Source: Octopus sinensis
Lineage: Eukaryota
Assembly (NCBI RefSeq): GCF_006345805.1
Contig: NC_042998.1
Span: forward strand, 113,894,001-113,958,000
Direction: 5' to 3'
Length of the DNA stretch: 64,000 nucleotides
The notes under the pieces: generated by a model
What the model was told of the DNA's origin: nothing
What the model saw: only the letters and a program-made list of their open reading frames with translations
Databases searched by the model: none
Part shown: in pieces, positions 37,730-50,523 of the stretch
How the letters are laid out: every line of letters starts with the position of its first letter
Numbering within the stretch: the stretch's first letter is position 1
Program-made: the position numbers and the translations under genes

Positions 37730-39410
37730 AAGCGGAGCAAAGAAATAAATGCAATCATCATAGAGCTCTACTATAGGAGCCAAATCCCAGATTATAATGG
37801 AGTGCCATTAAGAAGACATAGAAAAAGGATAGACCAAGGATGGCAGCAACGAGGAATATTTGAAACAATAGAACAATGATTGTGCGACCAGGCCAGAATT
37901 ATCAGAAAGAAGGGCTGGTTATCAGATTTAGGACTCGAAATAATTCAGAGAAGAGTATATGAAAACGATAACGATGAAGAAGAACCGAATATCGATCACA
38001 ACGAAGAGCTGACAGAGACAATAAAACCTCCTGAAATAGCAGAAGAAATAAAAATTAGTCTACTTGATATATCTATGGTGACTAACACAGCCAGCACAGA
38101 TGAAGAAAAAAAGAATTGTAGATCGAGTATTATAGTAAAGTTGGAGAATTTTGAACTATATGAGACTTATGCAGTAATCAGGAAAATTACATAGGATCTT
38201 AAAATATATACATATACAAGCAATATCAGTGAAGTTAATAGACTAATAAAGGCAGCAAGTATAGTGGTAGCAGAAAATTTGTGATTTGAAGTAAGATATC
38301 TACTAAGCAATCGAAGGGAGGGAGGGATAAAGAATCATATAGTGGAAGAGGAGAATCCTTAAGGGTCAAAAAAAAAAAGAAAAGAAAAAAGGATTATACA
38401 TTGATCTCTCAGTATTAGACAGTAGAAAGGAAGAATTGCAGAATCGGCGCAAGTACGCAGACATATGGTATCGATTTCAAAGTATTGCCGGTAATAATCG
38501 AGGAACTAAAATAAGCGAAGGGAACAATAAGTCATATGCTCAGACAATCCGACAGTACAGACAAAACAGACTCCTCAAAATCTCCCCAAAATTTTTCATC
38601 GGGAAAGAAATTGAAAAAAACCCAGAGGAAATACATGCTCCCCAAATGAAGTCTTGTCTACATTAGATGTAGAATCTTCCAAGAAGCTAGCTTGTCACCA
38701 TTTCTGTCTGCATTGTACTTGATTTTAATTTTGAGAAACAAGAAAGCTGGATTTGGGATGAAGGATAGAAAAAATAAGATCAATCATCTTTTTACGGATG
38801 TTGTAAAACTCTGTGGGAAAGACGATAACTGAATTCACCAGCTGAATTCACTGATCAAACTGCATAGATTTAGAGCGGATATTAGAATGGAATTTGGAAT
38901 GTTGATTCTAAAAGTAAGTAATGCTCAACAAGCGGATGATGTGAAGTTGTCTCCGGAAGAGTAGTGATGAGAGTTGAGAAAGAATGACACAGGTATCTGG
39001 ACATATCGGCAATAAGTGAATTGAGAGAGGCCAAATGAAAATATTATAGGACGCTGAAATTGATTTTGGAAACTAAATTGAATGGAATAAGTTTCAAGTA
39101 ATAAATTCGTGGGCAATTGTTTTCATAATGTATGGAGCAGGAGTCCAACAATGGCGAACAGAGGAACTACAATAGTTGGATGAGAAAACAAAGAAAATAC
39201 TGACACTAAATGGTGCAAAAAGTGTGGTTGATAGGTTACATTTTACGAGAAAAAAAGAGAAGGCGGAGGTCGATAAGATGTGAGGATTGTATTCAGACAT
39301 ACGAAAGCAATATTGCTTGGTAAATAAGGAATGCAAAGGAAGAATTGCTTGTATAAGTAAGAAAAGCAGGACTATTAGATATGACAGATTCCCACTCTTT
39401 CTCATGATTT
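37730..39410 (+). pseudogene. Decayed R4/Dong-clade LINE ORF (N-terminus and RT, internally deleted)
   Basis: SKEINAIIIELYYRS...EQ*LCDQARIIRKKGWLSDL, QYRQNRLL, INHLFTDVVKLCGK (MDDLKL-like)...DIRMEFG, LETKLNG...INSWAI...YGAGV. Confidence 0.8.
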
Positions 39411-39905
39411 TCGGATATGAAACACTGCTATCAGTCATAATAAGTCATGATTGATTTCTAATTTTCAAAGCAGAGGAAGATACAGGAATAACTTTCAAGT
39501 AAAGTTTTACACTAAAATCGACGGCACAATATATTTTAGTTCATGTTTGCTCAAACAGCTGAGGTACATAATCCGAAGTCTCTTTGCGTCTGCTGATAAA
39601 GGCGACAAATGCCTGTATATTTTATACATATACGTGAGCCATAAACAGAGTCTTAAATCCAGAGAAGATATTAAAAACATATAAGTATTTTAACTTGATT
39701 AATAATCACTTGTGAATTAGCTTGCTTACTTGACTTATATAATATGGTGTTGCAGTCCTGCGTTTGATGTAATCCTATACATTTAAAGTCAAAGAACATG
39801 TTAAGCGAAATTCGGTCGAAAATATTTTTCTTAATTTTATTTCTACAATACATAGATACATCCCTACATGTATGCATACAATATATACACACATATAGAG
39901 AGAGC

Positions 39906-39962
<57 letters not shown>

Positions 39963-40014
39963 GGAGAGAGAGAGAGAGAGAGAGAGGGGAGAAAAAGAGA
40001 GTTAGATAGAGACT

Positions 40015-40228
40015 GGTTTCAAATTTTAGCACAAGGCCAGCAGTTTCGGGGAAGGGGCTAAGTCAATTATATTGATCCTAGTGCTCAACTTGTACTTATT
40101 TTGTCGACTTGAAAAGGAAAAAAGGTAAAGTTGACCTTGGCGGAACTTGAACTCAGAACATAAAGGCGGAAGAAATGCTGCTGAGCATTTTGCCCGGCGT
40201 GCTAACAGTTCTGCTAGTTCACTGCCCT
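40015..40228 (-). mobile_element. SINE type A
   Basis: Reverse complement GGCAGTGAACTAGCAGAACTGTTAGCACGCCGGGC...GAGTTCAAGTTCCGCC...GTCGACAAAATAAGTAC. Confidence 0.8.
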
Positions 40229-40846
40229 AGAGATAGACAGATTGATAGAGATAAATAATTGAATACGTATATGCAAATAGATATGTATACACATGAACAT
40301 ATATACGCCGGTGTGTACATCTCTCTCTTTCTTTTTCTCTCTCTGTATATACATACATACTTTTACATGTACGCGTACACGCGCAAGAACGCACAAATAC
40401 ACACACATAGACACATAGGCAAATATATAAAGTACGTATTCAATTCAGTATAATTTAAAAGAAATAATAGTATTTCATTTAAATTAACAATTCCCTCGAT
40501 AAATTCATAATAATTTTGCCCTTACACGAAGAATATAATTCTGTTAACAGGAATATTTCCCGCGAGCTAAGTACTGATATCATTGTCGTATTCTCTAGCA
40601 TTCTTGCACCCAGTAGCCCCACATTGTAAAGAACATAACTGGTGATTTCATCATAGGGCAAGACAAAGGATGGCGATAATTTTGTTGCTGTAAGAACTTA
40701 TTGGAAATAGTTCAAATTAACAATGATAAAGAATGAAAGCAAATAAAACAAATTGTTCAATTTTTGATTTGTATTTTTCTAATAAAATGTGATACAGTGT
40801 TGTCATTCTGGAGAATCTTAAACGCAACTAACTTGTCATGCAATTG

Positions 40847-40885
<39 letters not shown>

Positions 40886-40970
40886 TGTGTATGTCTACCC
40901 TTCCTCTTCCTGATCCCTTTCTGTTTTTATGCATATATATATATCTACACACATAGGTACACACACACAC

Positions 40971-41012
<42 letters not shown>

Positions 41013-41450
41013 AAGCAGTAAGGGTTTAGCAACGAGTTGCCTTACCACATACCGAATTTAGAAATAGCAGTCAAAGGGTTATAGCTATTTCTTCTACTAA
41101 AAAGGGAGATCTCAGTAAAAACAGCATTTGGAAGGCAGACACAAACAGGTAAGAGAGAATGAATTGACTGCAATCTATCATACATTTTTTTAGTTATCCA
41201 CGGACGTACGTTGATTTTCCAAATTAATTAATTTCACCCTTCATTATTACGGATAACCATATTTTATCTCAGTAGATGACCACAGCATCTTGTTTTGGCT
41301 ACACGCGGGTGGGGGGGCTGTTGACACATCGTTTCATTCACAAATTGAATTCGGTGATACCAGTTGCGGATCTTAGCTCGCTCTGATACTGAGTTGAGTT
41401 GGGCCTTCTGGTATCTCAAAATTCAATATAATCATTTATGATTATAGTAT

Positions 41451-41556
41451 TCTACGCTGAAGAGAAAAGAAGTTTCGGAAGATAGAATTATTTAATATTT
41501 AATATCTAATTCTTATGCTTTCCTTAAAACTTGATTTCGAAACGTACGTCCGTGGA
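41451..41556 (+). ncRNA. Type I hammerhead, long stem II (tandem copy 1)
   Basis: TCTACG/CGTGGA stem I (one U-G), CTGAAGA 41457-63, 75-nt stem II, GAAA 41539-42, ACGTACGT, GUC cleavage after 41550. Confidence 0.85.
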
Positions 41557-42050
41557 TAACTAAAAAATGTATGATAGATTGCAGTCAATTCATTCTCTCT
41601 TACCTGTTTGTGTCTGCCTTCCAAATGCTGTTTTTACTGAGATCTCCCTTTTGAGTAGGAAAGAAATAGCTAAACCTTTGACTGCTATTTCTAAATTCGG
41701 TTATGTGGTAAGGCAACTCGTTGCTAAACCCTTATTGCTTAGTATTACTTAAATTTTCCTCGAATGAGGCTTTTACATGCCGAAGACTACTTGGTGTAAT
41801 TGATAATTTTTCCAAATTAATTAATTTCACCTTCATTATTACGGATAACCATATTTTATCTCAGTAGATGATCACAGGCATCTTGTTTTGGCTACACGCG
41901 GGTGGGAAGGGGCTGTTGACACAATCGTTTCATTCACAAATTGAATTCGGTGTGATACCAGTTGCGGATTCTAGCTCGCTCTGATACTGAGTTGAGTTGG
42001 TGCCTTCTGGTATCTCAAAATTCAAATATAATCATTTATGATTATAGTAT

Positions 42051-42157
42051 TCTACGCTGAAGAGAAAAGAAGTTTCGGTAAGATAGAATTATTTAATATT
42101 TTAATATCTAATTCTTATGCTTCCTTAAAACTTGATTTCGAAACGTACGTCCGTGGA
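42051..42157 (+). ncRNA. Type I hammerhead, long stem II (tandem copy 2)
   Basis: Same motif; GAAA 42140-43, GUC cleavage after 42151. Confidence 0.85.
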
Positions 42158-42435
42158 TAACTAAAAAATGTATGATAGATTGCAGTCAATCATTCTCTTT
42201 ACCTGTTTGTGTCTGCTTCCAAATGCTGTTTTTACTGAGATCTCCCTTTTTAGTAGAAGAAATAGCTATAACCCTTTGACTGCTATTTCTAATTCGGTAT
42301 GTGGGTAAGGCAACTCGTTGCTAAACCCTTATGCTTAGTATTACTTAAATTTTCCTCGAATGAGGTTTTACATGCCGAAGACTCCTGGTGTAATTGATAA
42401 TTTTTCCAAATTAATTAATTTCACCCTTCATTATT

Positions 42436-42482
<47 letters not shown>

Positions 42483-42494
42483 ATGTGTGTGTGT

Positions 42495-42823
42495 GAAGGC
42501 GCGTGGCTTCGTTGTTAGGGTATTCGTCTTACGATTTTACGGTACGTGAGTTCAATTCCCGGCGACGCGTTGTGTCCTTGAGCAAGACACTTTATTTCTG
42601 TGTATTATTGCTCCAGTTCACTCAGCTGGCAAACATGAGTAGTATGTGTATTTTAAAGTGCCAACCTTGTTACACTCTGTGTCACGCAGAATCTGCCTGA
42701 GAACTACGTTAAGGGGTACACGTTTTTGTTGAGTGCCCACCCACTTGCAAGTTAATTTCACGAGCAGGTTATTCCATTAAAGGAATCAACCGGAACCCTT
42801 GTCGTCGTAACCAACGGAGTACC
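42495..42823 (+). mobile_element. SINE type C
   Basis: GAAGGCGCGTGGCTT head, GAGTTCAATTCCC B box, GTCCTTGAGCAAGACACTT, tail GTCGTCGTAACCAACGGAGTACCA. Confidence 0.85.
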
Positions 42824-44440
42824 AGCAGTAGGTCCCGATAGGTTCCCTGCTTGTGTCTTGAAGATGTGTCAAAACCAACTTGCACCCCATCTAGCCAATC
42901 TGTGGCGGAACTCATTGGATGCTGGATATATACCAGAAGACCTATCCCAGTCTGTTGTCCCAGTTTTCAAAAAAGGAAACAAATCGCTTGCCGTGAATTA
43001 CCGTCCAATCTCACTCACCTCTCATATCATCAAGGTATTTGAGAGGGTGCTGAGATCGCGTATGACTCACTTCCTTGAGAGTCATAATATGCTGAACCCC
43101 AACCAGCATGGATTCCGTAATGGGAGAGATTGCCTGACGCAGCTACTGCATCATTTTGATGACATTTTGAGAGCCTTGGGAGAGGGTTCCAACACTGATG
43201 TCATCTACCTTGATTTCAGCAAGGCCTTGACAGGGTTGATCATAAGATCCTTCTGAGAAAGCTGTCCAATATTGGTGTCACTGGAAAGCTGCTGCAATGG
43301 ATCAAGTGCTTCCTCTCTAACAGAACCCAACATGTTGTAGTCGAAGGAGTCAAATCCAGCCCAGCCAAAGTCAGCAGTGGTGTCCCACAAGGCACTGTGT
43401 TGGGCCCACTTCTCTTCATCATCTACATAAATGATATTACTGACACCATCAAACACAGCAACATCAGAACCTTCGCTGATGATTCCAAGCTCCAGAAGGT
43501 CATCAATGGCGTGGATGACCGAATAAACCTTCAGTCAGACCTACTGGCTGTTGTCCAATGGGCGGAAAAGAATAACATGTTGCTAAATGAAGACAAATTC
43601 GAACTGATCCACTTTGGAAGGGAGGACGCTCTGAAACTCCCATACTCTCTTCCTTCTGGAGAAATTCTCATGGCATCCAACAACATCAGAGACCTGGGAG
43701 TAACAGTGGACAACAACATAAGCTGGGCTACACATATAAGCAGCAAAGTTGACATGGCCCGCAGAATGTGTTCCTGGATTCTCAGAACCTTCCAGTCGAG
43801 AGATTCCCACGCTATTATCCTTCTCTTCTCCACTTTTGCCCGACCCCACCTTGAATACTGCTGTCCACTGTGGTCTCCCTACACAAAACAAATATTATGA
43901 GAATTGAAGCTCCCCAAATGTCAATCACAAAAAAGATAGATGGCATGTCAGACCTTGACTACTGGGGTAGACTAGAGAAGCTGAAATTGTATTCACTCCA
44001 ACGACGCCGTGAACGCTACATTATCTGTATGATGTGGAAAATATTCCATCAGCACTGTCCGAATGATGTTGGCATCACCTTCAAAATGCATCCAGGCTTG
44101 GACCACGTGCCATCCGTCCACAACAAAAATCTAAATCGCATCACATAACGACAATACGGCACAACTATTTCACCTCAATTGACCCGCTCTCTTCAACATT
44201 ACACCAGGACACGTCAAAAAAGAAACTGACCACACAAAATTCAAGAAGTCTTTGGACAAATTCCTTTAAACAGTACCGGACAAACCACCCACACCCGGAT
44301 ATGTCTCCGCAAACAATAACTCTCTGCTCGAATGGGCCTTGGTGCCCAGATCCTGAACTGAAAGACTTCGCCAGGTGGTGCTATTAAGTTAGACATGGCC
44401 TGGGCCAATACTGGCCAAAAACCTTCTAAGTTATTCTAAG

Positions 44441-44443
<3 letters not shown>
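42824..44443 (+). mobile_element. 5'-truncated CR1/L2/Jockey-group LINE (RT domain, few frameshifts)
   Basis: GPDRFP...VPVFKKGNK...NYRPISLTS...QHGFR...YLDFSKA...GVPQGTVLGPLLF...FADDSKL...RPHLEYC...LKLYSLQRRRERY. Short tandem tail TTCTAAGTTATTCTAAGTTA. Confidence 0.9.
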
Positions 44444-44497
<54 letters not shown>

Positions 44498-44656
44498 CAT
44501 ATTATATATATATATATATATACATACACACACACACACAAACATACACACAACACACAACATACACACACACACATATATTCGTTTATAGATGTACACT
44601 CACACACGCACACACACACACACGAACGCGCACTCATATATCGAAAGAGTGAGTGA

Positions 44657-44933
44657 AAGGCACGTGGCTTCGAAGCTGGGATATTCGACCAATGATCGTA
44701 AGGTCGTGAGTTCGATTCCTGGCCACGTGTTGTGCCCCTCAGCATGACACTTCCTGTCAGTCCACTCAGCTGGCAAAAATGTATTTCCGTGTCGCGCTGA
44801 TTCTCCTTCTGAACAACTTTAACGGTATCCTTGTCTGTGGAGTACCCAGACACTTGCACGTTAATTTCACGGCCAAGTTGTTTCGTCGATCGGATCAGCT
44901 GAGACCCTTGTAGTCGTAACCGACGGGGTGCCA
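44657..44933 (+). mobile_element. SINE type C (diverged)
   Basis: GGCACGTGGCTT...GAGTTCGATTCC...CACTCAGCTGGCAA...GTCGTAACCGACGGGGTGCCA. Confidence 0.75.
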
Positions 44934-45406
44934 CCTGTACCGAGAGAGGGAGAGAGATAGAGAGAAAGATAGAGAGAGAGTGAGAGAGAGAAAGAGAGAA
45001 ATCTATATGAAATTTTAGAGCCAAAATGGAAGAGCATTTGAGCCTTTGCTCTTTTGTTTCCGATTTGTGACAGCCATGGACAATGAATCTTCATAAGCGA
45101 GTAAGTTTCAAAACAAAACATAAAGTCGAAAGTCACAACTAAATGGATGATGCAGTTCTAATTCTTATTAGACTAGTGCAAATACCGAAAGTCAGCAAGT
45201 CTTACATACAAACATACATAGGTATATACCCACAAACATGCTTGCATACATGCACATATATACACGTATATGCACGCATATATACATATATGACATCTCA
45301 AAAGTCAATTATACATACCCTCATTATATATATGCATATGCATATAGATATATGTGTGACAATTTACACACACATACACACATACACACATATTATTCAC
45401 CGCACC

Positions 45407-45456
<50 letters not shown>

Positions 45457-45481
45457 TATATATTATATATATATATATATA

Positions 45482-46250
45482 CAGGGTGCGGTGAATAAAT
45501 TGTCTGAATTACGCAAAATATATTTACCAAAATTACATAAAAATATCTTGAAATACTAAGAGTAAATTTATTCAATAAAATCGACTTTGGCTTCTACCAG
45601 GGCCTCCAGACGAATTCGGAATCTCCTACAACTCTTCTGGTGGTGGTGGGGTCTCCTTGTTAAGGTTGATGAATACTGCCATAGTCCTTGCCTGCAGTTC
45701 ATCTTTGTTATTACAAGAAGTTTTGTTGGTCTCTCAATCAACTGCGCGCCACATATAATAACCAAGGGGGTTGCGGTCTGGTGAGTTAGGTTACCAGATG
45801 TTAGGAGTGATGTGGTCGCAGAATTTGTCTGACAGCCATGACTGGGTTTTCCTGGTTGTGTGGAATGGTGCAGAGTCCTGCTGCCAGACATAGCGTCTTC
45901 CAGCAGCCACCCTCTTCACCCAAGGCAGCACTACCTCCTCCAGTGTTGAGTGAGAGGACGTATGGGAAGACGAATGGAGGCATAACATCGCCATCACTAG
46001 TGATCACTTCAAACACCATGTTGTTGAGAGGGTATTTGATTCTCACCACTCACGGTACATATTTTGGGAACACGGCAGGCCAACGGTTGTTCTGCGTCCA
46101 CTATCTGACCCTGGCAGAAATTTTTCTCATCTGAGAAAAACCAGAGCATGTTCGGTTGGTGGGGATGCTTGAGTTTGTTCAAAAGCTTCGTAGCGCGGTC
46201 TTTTCTCTTGTCCTTGATGGCTTGGGACAAAAATTTGCCCTTTCTCATCT
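45482..46250 (-). mobile_element. DD37D (maT-type) transposon, 3' half
   Basis: 3' TIR CAGGGTGCGGTGAATAAATTGTC at 45482. WFFSDEKNF, WQQDSAPFHT...WLSDKFCDHITPNIW. Same family as 20837-21699. Confidence 0.9.
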
Positions 46251-46255
46251 TATAT

Positions 46256-46380
46256 GCGGTTCGGCAAAATAGACCTATAGAATAAGTACTAGGCTTACAA
46301 AGAATAAGCCCTGGGGTCGATTTGCTCGACTAAAGGCGGTGCTCCAGCATGGCCGCAGTCAAATGAAACAAGTAAAAGAG
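46256..46380 (+). mobile_element. SINE type B, 3' end
   Basis: GCGGTTCGGCAAAA...AAGTACTAGGCTTACAAAGAATAAG...GGCGGTGCTCCAGCATGGCCGCAGTCAAATG. Confidence 0.8.
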
Positions 46381-46399
46381 TATACGAGATTCCATATCA

Positions 46400-46580
46400 T
46401 CACTCTTGTATGTTTCCTTCACCCTCGGTTGTTGGTCCGCTTGGTATCTGAAAGAGAGGAGCACTCCTTCCCTCATATCTTCTTCATGTCGGAATGTTGA
46501 TTCGTCAGGTACCGTAGACAGGAAAATGCCCGCTTCCTTTTTGTAGACATCCTTAAGTGGAGAAGACGATGATGAGTTCG
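46400..46580 (-). mobile_element. CR1/L2-group LINE C-terminal fragment
   Basis: YKKEAGIFLSTVPDE resembles the FK..LD.FL..VPDEP end seen in other copies here. Confidence 0.5.
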
Positions 46581-46681
46581 CTGGCCAAAAATTCTTGTTA
46601 AAGAATAAATTTTTTTCCTCTACAAAAAGCATCAAGTGAGCCTTCAGTATAATGTAACACTGCTTTCATCATAAATTACCA

Positions 46682-46743
<62 letters not shown>

Positions 46744-46745
46744 TT

Positions 46746-46777
<32 letters not shown>

Positions 46778-46778
46778 A

Positions 46779-46813
<35 letters not shown>

Positions 46814-47349
46814 AATGTATATGTACACATATATATTTATTCATATATAAATGCGATATATACATGTGTGTGCGCGCGTGTGCGTGTGCGTGTGTATATA
46901 TGACGTTTATAAAAACTGATTTTGTATGAACCATTCTATGTGCCTTTTGGCAAAATCTTCACTGGTTGATATAATTATTGACATGTATTCAAATACATAC
47001 ACTCGCTCACTCACACACGTACAATCGCGCACGCGGACTCACACACACACACACATGCACACACATGCACATACACACACGCTCCTTCCTATGAGTTATC
47101 AACTTTTGATAAATTCATACGATAATATATTTGCAGCCATATTTCTCTTTACAGGTACACATATATATTCGTCCCTTCTTCTCCACCGCCCTCTTTGTGT
47201 CTGTGTCTCTCATTCACTCATTGTCTCATACACGTACAAAGGCAAACATGCATACAATATAAAATATTATATATATACACACACACACATATATATATAC
47301 ATACATATTTATAGATACATATGTGTATGTATATATATTTAGATATATA

Positions 47350-47394
<45 letters not shown>

Positions 47395-48010
47395 GTATAT
47401 ATATATATAATATATATACACACACACATATATATATACATACATACTGATATACAAATATATGTATATATACATATATATGTATATAGGCATATATACA
47501 TACATACATATATACACACACTAGTAGTTATTGAGATATTGAAATGAAAGCTTTTACTCATACAGCCTTCTTTCTTTCTTTATGTATGTATGGATGGATG
47601 CATGCATGTATGTATGTATGTACGTATGTATGTATGTATGTATGTGCGTATGTATTAGCATGTATGTGGAAGTGTGATTCACTCTGTCTCCCTCTGTGTA
47701 ATGTGTGTGTATAGAAAATTGTGCTTTTCAGCAAATTTGAGGTCAGCGCTGACAATGGCTTCTGTTTAGGTTTAGTTTTATAGTAAATCTTGGAAACCAT
47801 TATGATTTGGTGTAAAATACGGAAGAAACAGCTGGACGACGTAAATATAGTATTACAGTTATATTTTCTTAATAACCACTACAGGAGGGAGAAAAAAACC
47901 CACAAAAAACAAACAAACAAGCTAAACCAGCTTCCTTCCCTGTGTAGATAAATATATCGCATTTACATGCATACATATATGCATGTATATATACATATAT
48001 ATATATATAT

Positions 48011-48086
<76 letters not shown>

Positions 48087-48462
48087 ACATATACACACAT
48101 ATGTAATTATATATAAGTAGTGCATGTATGTTTGCATTGGTTTGTGTTTTATATATCAGTAGTTTTTTTTTTTCTGTTGACTCTTACTGTCGTCGTATTC
48201 CACTATTTTGCCTTTTGGTTCGTTTCAGTTGTTGTTTCTGTTTAGTTGTTTTTGGCTTTTTTTTTCTAATTATTTATTTATTTATATTGTTAATTTTTCC
48301 TATCTGGGTATTATATTTTAGAATCAGTTAGCTTCATTATTTTTGACAGGAGTTTCCCTAATGGAACTTGCAAATATACTTCCATACACACACCTATGAA
48401 TATATATATATGCATACATACTTATATATATATATATAGTTAATCCAAACATGAAAATACAA

Positions 48463-48494
<32 letters not shown>

Positions 48495-49634
48495 GTCTTT
48501 TTGTGCTTATATATGTGTGTATATATCTATGTTTATATATTTGTTGTATTGTTTGACGCTTTTGATGTTCTTCCTATTTCATTTCTATTTTATTTTTCTA
48601 GATGAATGTTGTTCTTATTGTTATTGATGCTGTTGGATTTTCGAATAAAGAACAACAAAAGAAAAAAAAGCAAGTAGCAAAAAAAATGAACAAAGAAGAT
48701 GAAGAAGAAGAGAAAAAAAATCATCGCTGTGTCTTCTTTCCTCCTGGAATGTCTGTGAATTTTACCTAATGAAGGGGAAAAAGGAAGGCACCTTAGGCTT
48801 GAAAACATTCTTACAGTGTGATGGAGAGACAATATTCTTTTTAAAATGAGACTAGCTTATAGAAATTATGAGCTTAGGAAAATAGACACACACATCCATA
48901 TACAAACATACATACATACATACATTCATACATATATATATATTTATATATATAAAGGTAACAACGTTAAGATAACAAAAGAACTATATATACATACATA
49001 TATATATATATATATATGCTCATAAACACACACGTCTCTTCTGAAGAAATGATGCATTATATGAAGTCTATATTTATATGCATTAAATTTATATATTATA
49101 AATTTAAAAGAAACATACAAACATTAACTCTCTCTTTCTTTCTCCCTCTTCTTCCTCTATTTCATACACACATATATACAGATACGATATTTTTTTCTGT
49201 TTTACATATACATACGTACACAGACATCTAAGTGATAGCAAATAAAGAAATAAAAAAATTAAAAGAAAAGGAATAAAATTTTTTTAAAAAAAGAGAGAGT
49301 TTCCTTTGAAAAAATATTACACTAATGGTATCCGTGTTTCTGCAATCTTCAGAATCCGGCCAAAAATTCTTATAGCTTAAACGAGGATTATTCATATAAC
49401 TTCATACGTATGCTTTTGTTAGAAATATAGTAGCGAGGTTTATTTAATATAAGAATATTTAGTTTTTGTATTGACAGTTCTTTTACTGCACCAAGTTTTC
49501 AAAATGTATTTAATCTTCATATATATATATTTGATATGCGTGTGAATATAAAAAATGCTCATATATATGTATATACATGTGTATTAATTTGAAGCTCATA
49601 AATGTTCTAAGCATGCAAGTATCGGGTTGGGTGG

Positions 49635-49860
49635 AAAAACCCTAATGGATAGAAAATGTCGACGACTGCCCATGGGACTCGAACGCATATCTCATGTAAT
49701 GACAGGTGTTCTGCCATTGGACCAAACAATCTTTCGAATTTGTCAAATTTAGAAACTTTATTTTGGTCCATTGCTGGAATCCCTGTCATGTCTCCAGGCG
49801 ATGTGGGTCCGGGTCCTACGGGTCGCCTTCGGCTCTTTCTATCCGAAAGGGGCTTTTTTT
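49635..49860. repeat. Divergent pair of tRNA-like units (49635-49726 minus; 49762-49860 plus)
   Basis: Both arms read TTTGGTCCA.TG...CCTGTCAT...B-box-like...TTCTATCC..AGGG.TTTTT. Confidence 0.6.
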
Positions 49861-50002
49861 AACCTACTATTTATATACTGTCATTTATATGACAGTATGT
49901 AAATATTTATGTGCTTCGAGACTCATTTTCAAAGATGTTTGATTCACGTTCTCTCGAAAGTTTAACAATTTTTTATGATGTATCTATATCGTTTTTTTTT
50001 CA

Positions 50003-50201
50003 ATCTTTTGTTTCGGTCAATATACTGCTATCAGGCTCGAGCACCGCCATGAAAGGTTTCAGTCGAATGGATCGACCCCGATACTTATTTGTTTCCTAAA
50101 GCCTGATGCTTATTCTAGCAGTCTATTTTGCCGAACCGCTAAGTTACGAGGACGTAAATAAAACAATACCGGGTAGAAACACAACCCTTCACACACATAC
50201 A

Positions 50202-50239
<38 letters not shown>

Positions 50240-50447
50240 ACACACACACACGCATGCACACGCATGCACACTCACATACATACTCACAAAACTGATACAT
50301 GAGACCGCTTGAATTCAGTTTCCGTTAACAAAATCCGCTTAGAATTCTTTGGGTGACCCGGACAACAATTGAAAACACTTGTTCAAGGTGTCACGTAGTA
50401 GCACCGAACCCGGAACCATGTGGATGAGAAGAAAACTATACCTATGC
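50003..50447 (-). mobile_element. SINE type B (diverged, internal CA tract)
   Basis: GCCGAACCGCTAAGTTACG, GAGCACCGCC, TTCAGTTTCCGT and GAACCCGGAACCATGTGG on the plus strand are the reverse complement of type B. Confidence 0.7.
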
Positions 50448-50467
50448 ATATATGCTTTTGCTTGCTT

Positions 50468-50523
50468 AATTCATTGGGCTACTGGCTTATTGGTGCACCA
50501 ATAAGCCAGCAGCCCAGTGAATT
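50468..50523. repeat. 56-bp spacerless palindrome followed by (AATAT)n
   Basis: AATTCATTGGGCTACTGGCTTATTGGTG|CACCAATAAGCCAGCAGCCCAGTGAATT, 2 mismatches. Confidence 0.9.

Larger units (their letters stand above)
41011..42440 (+). mobile_element. Hammerhead-bearing ~600-bp unit: inverted fragment (41011-41212) plus two tandem units, in (TA)n
   Basis: Anchor TTCCAAATTAATTAATTTCACC recurs with TTCC ending at 41220, 41813 and 42407. HHRs at 41451 and 42051. Same unit and same outer junctions as 30618-31628. Confidence 0.9.

Noticed and set aside
41213-42440. CRISPR-like or satellite array interpretation of the tandem unit
   Set aside because: Eukaryotic context, whole units repeated with no unique spacers, and only two units.
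43205-43891. Antisense and alternative-frame ORFs over the CR1-like RT
   Set aside because: Shadow ORFs of the LINE coding sequence.
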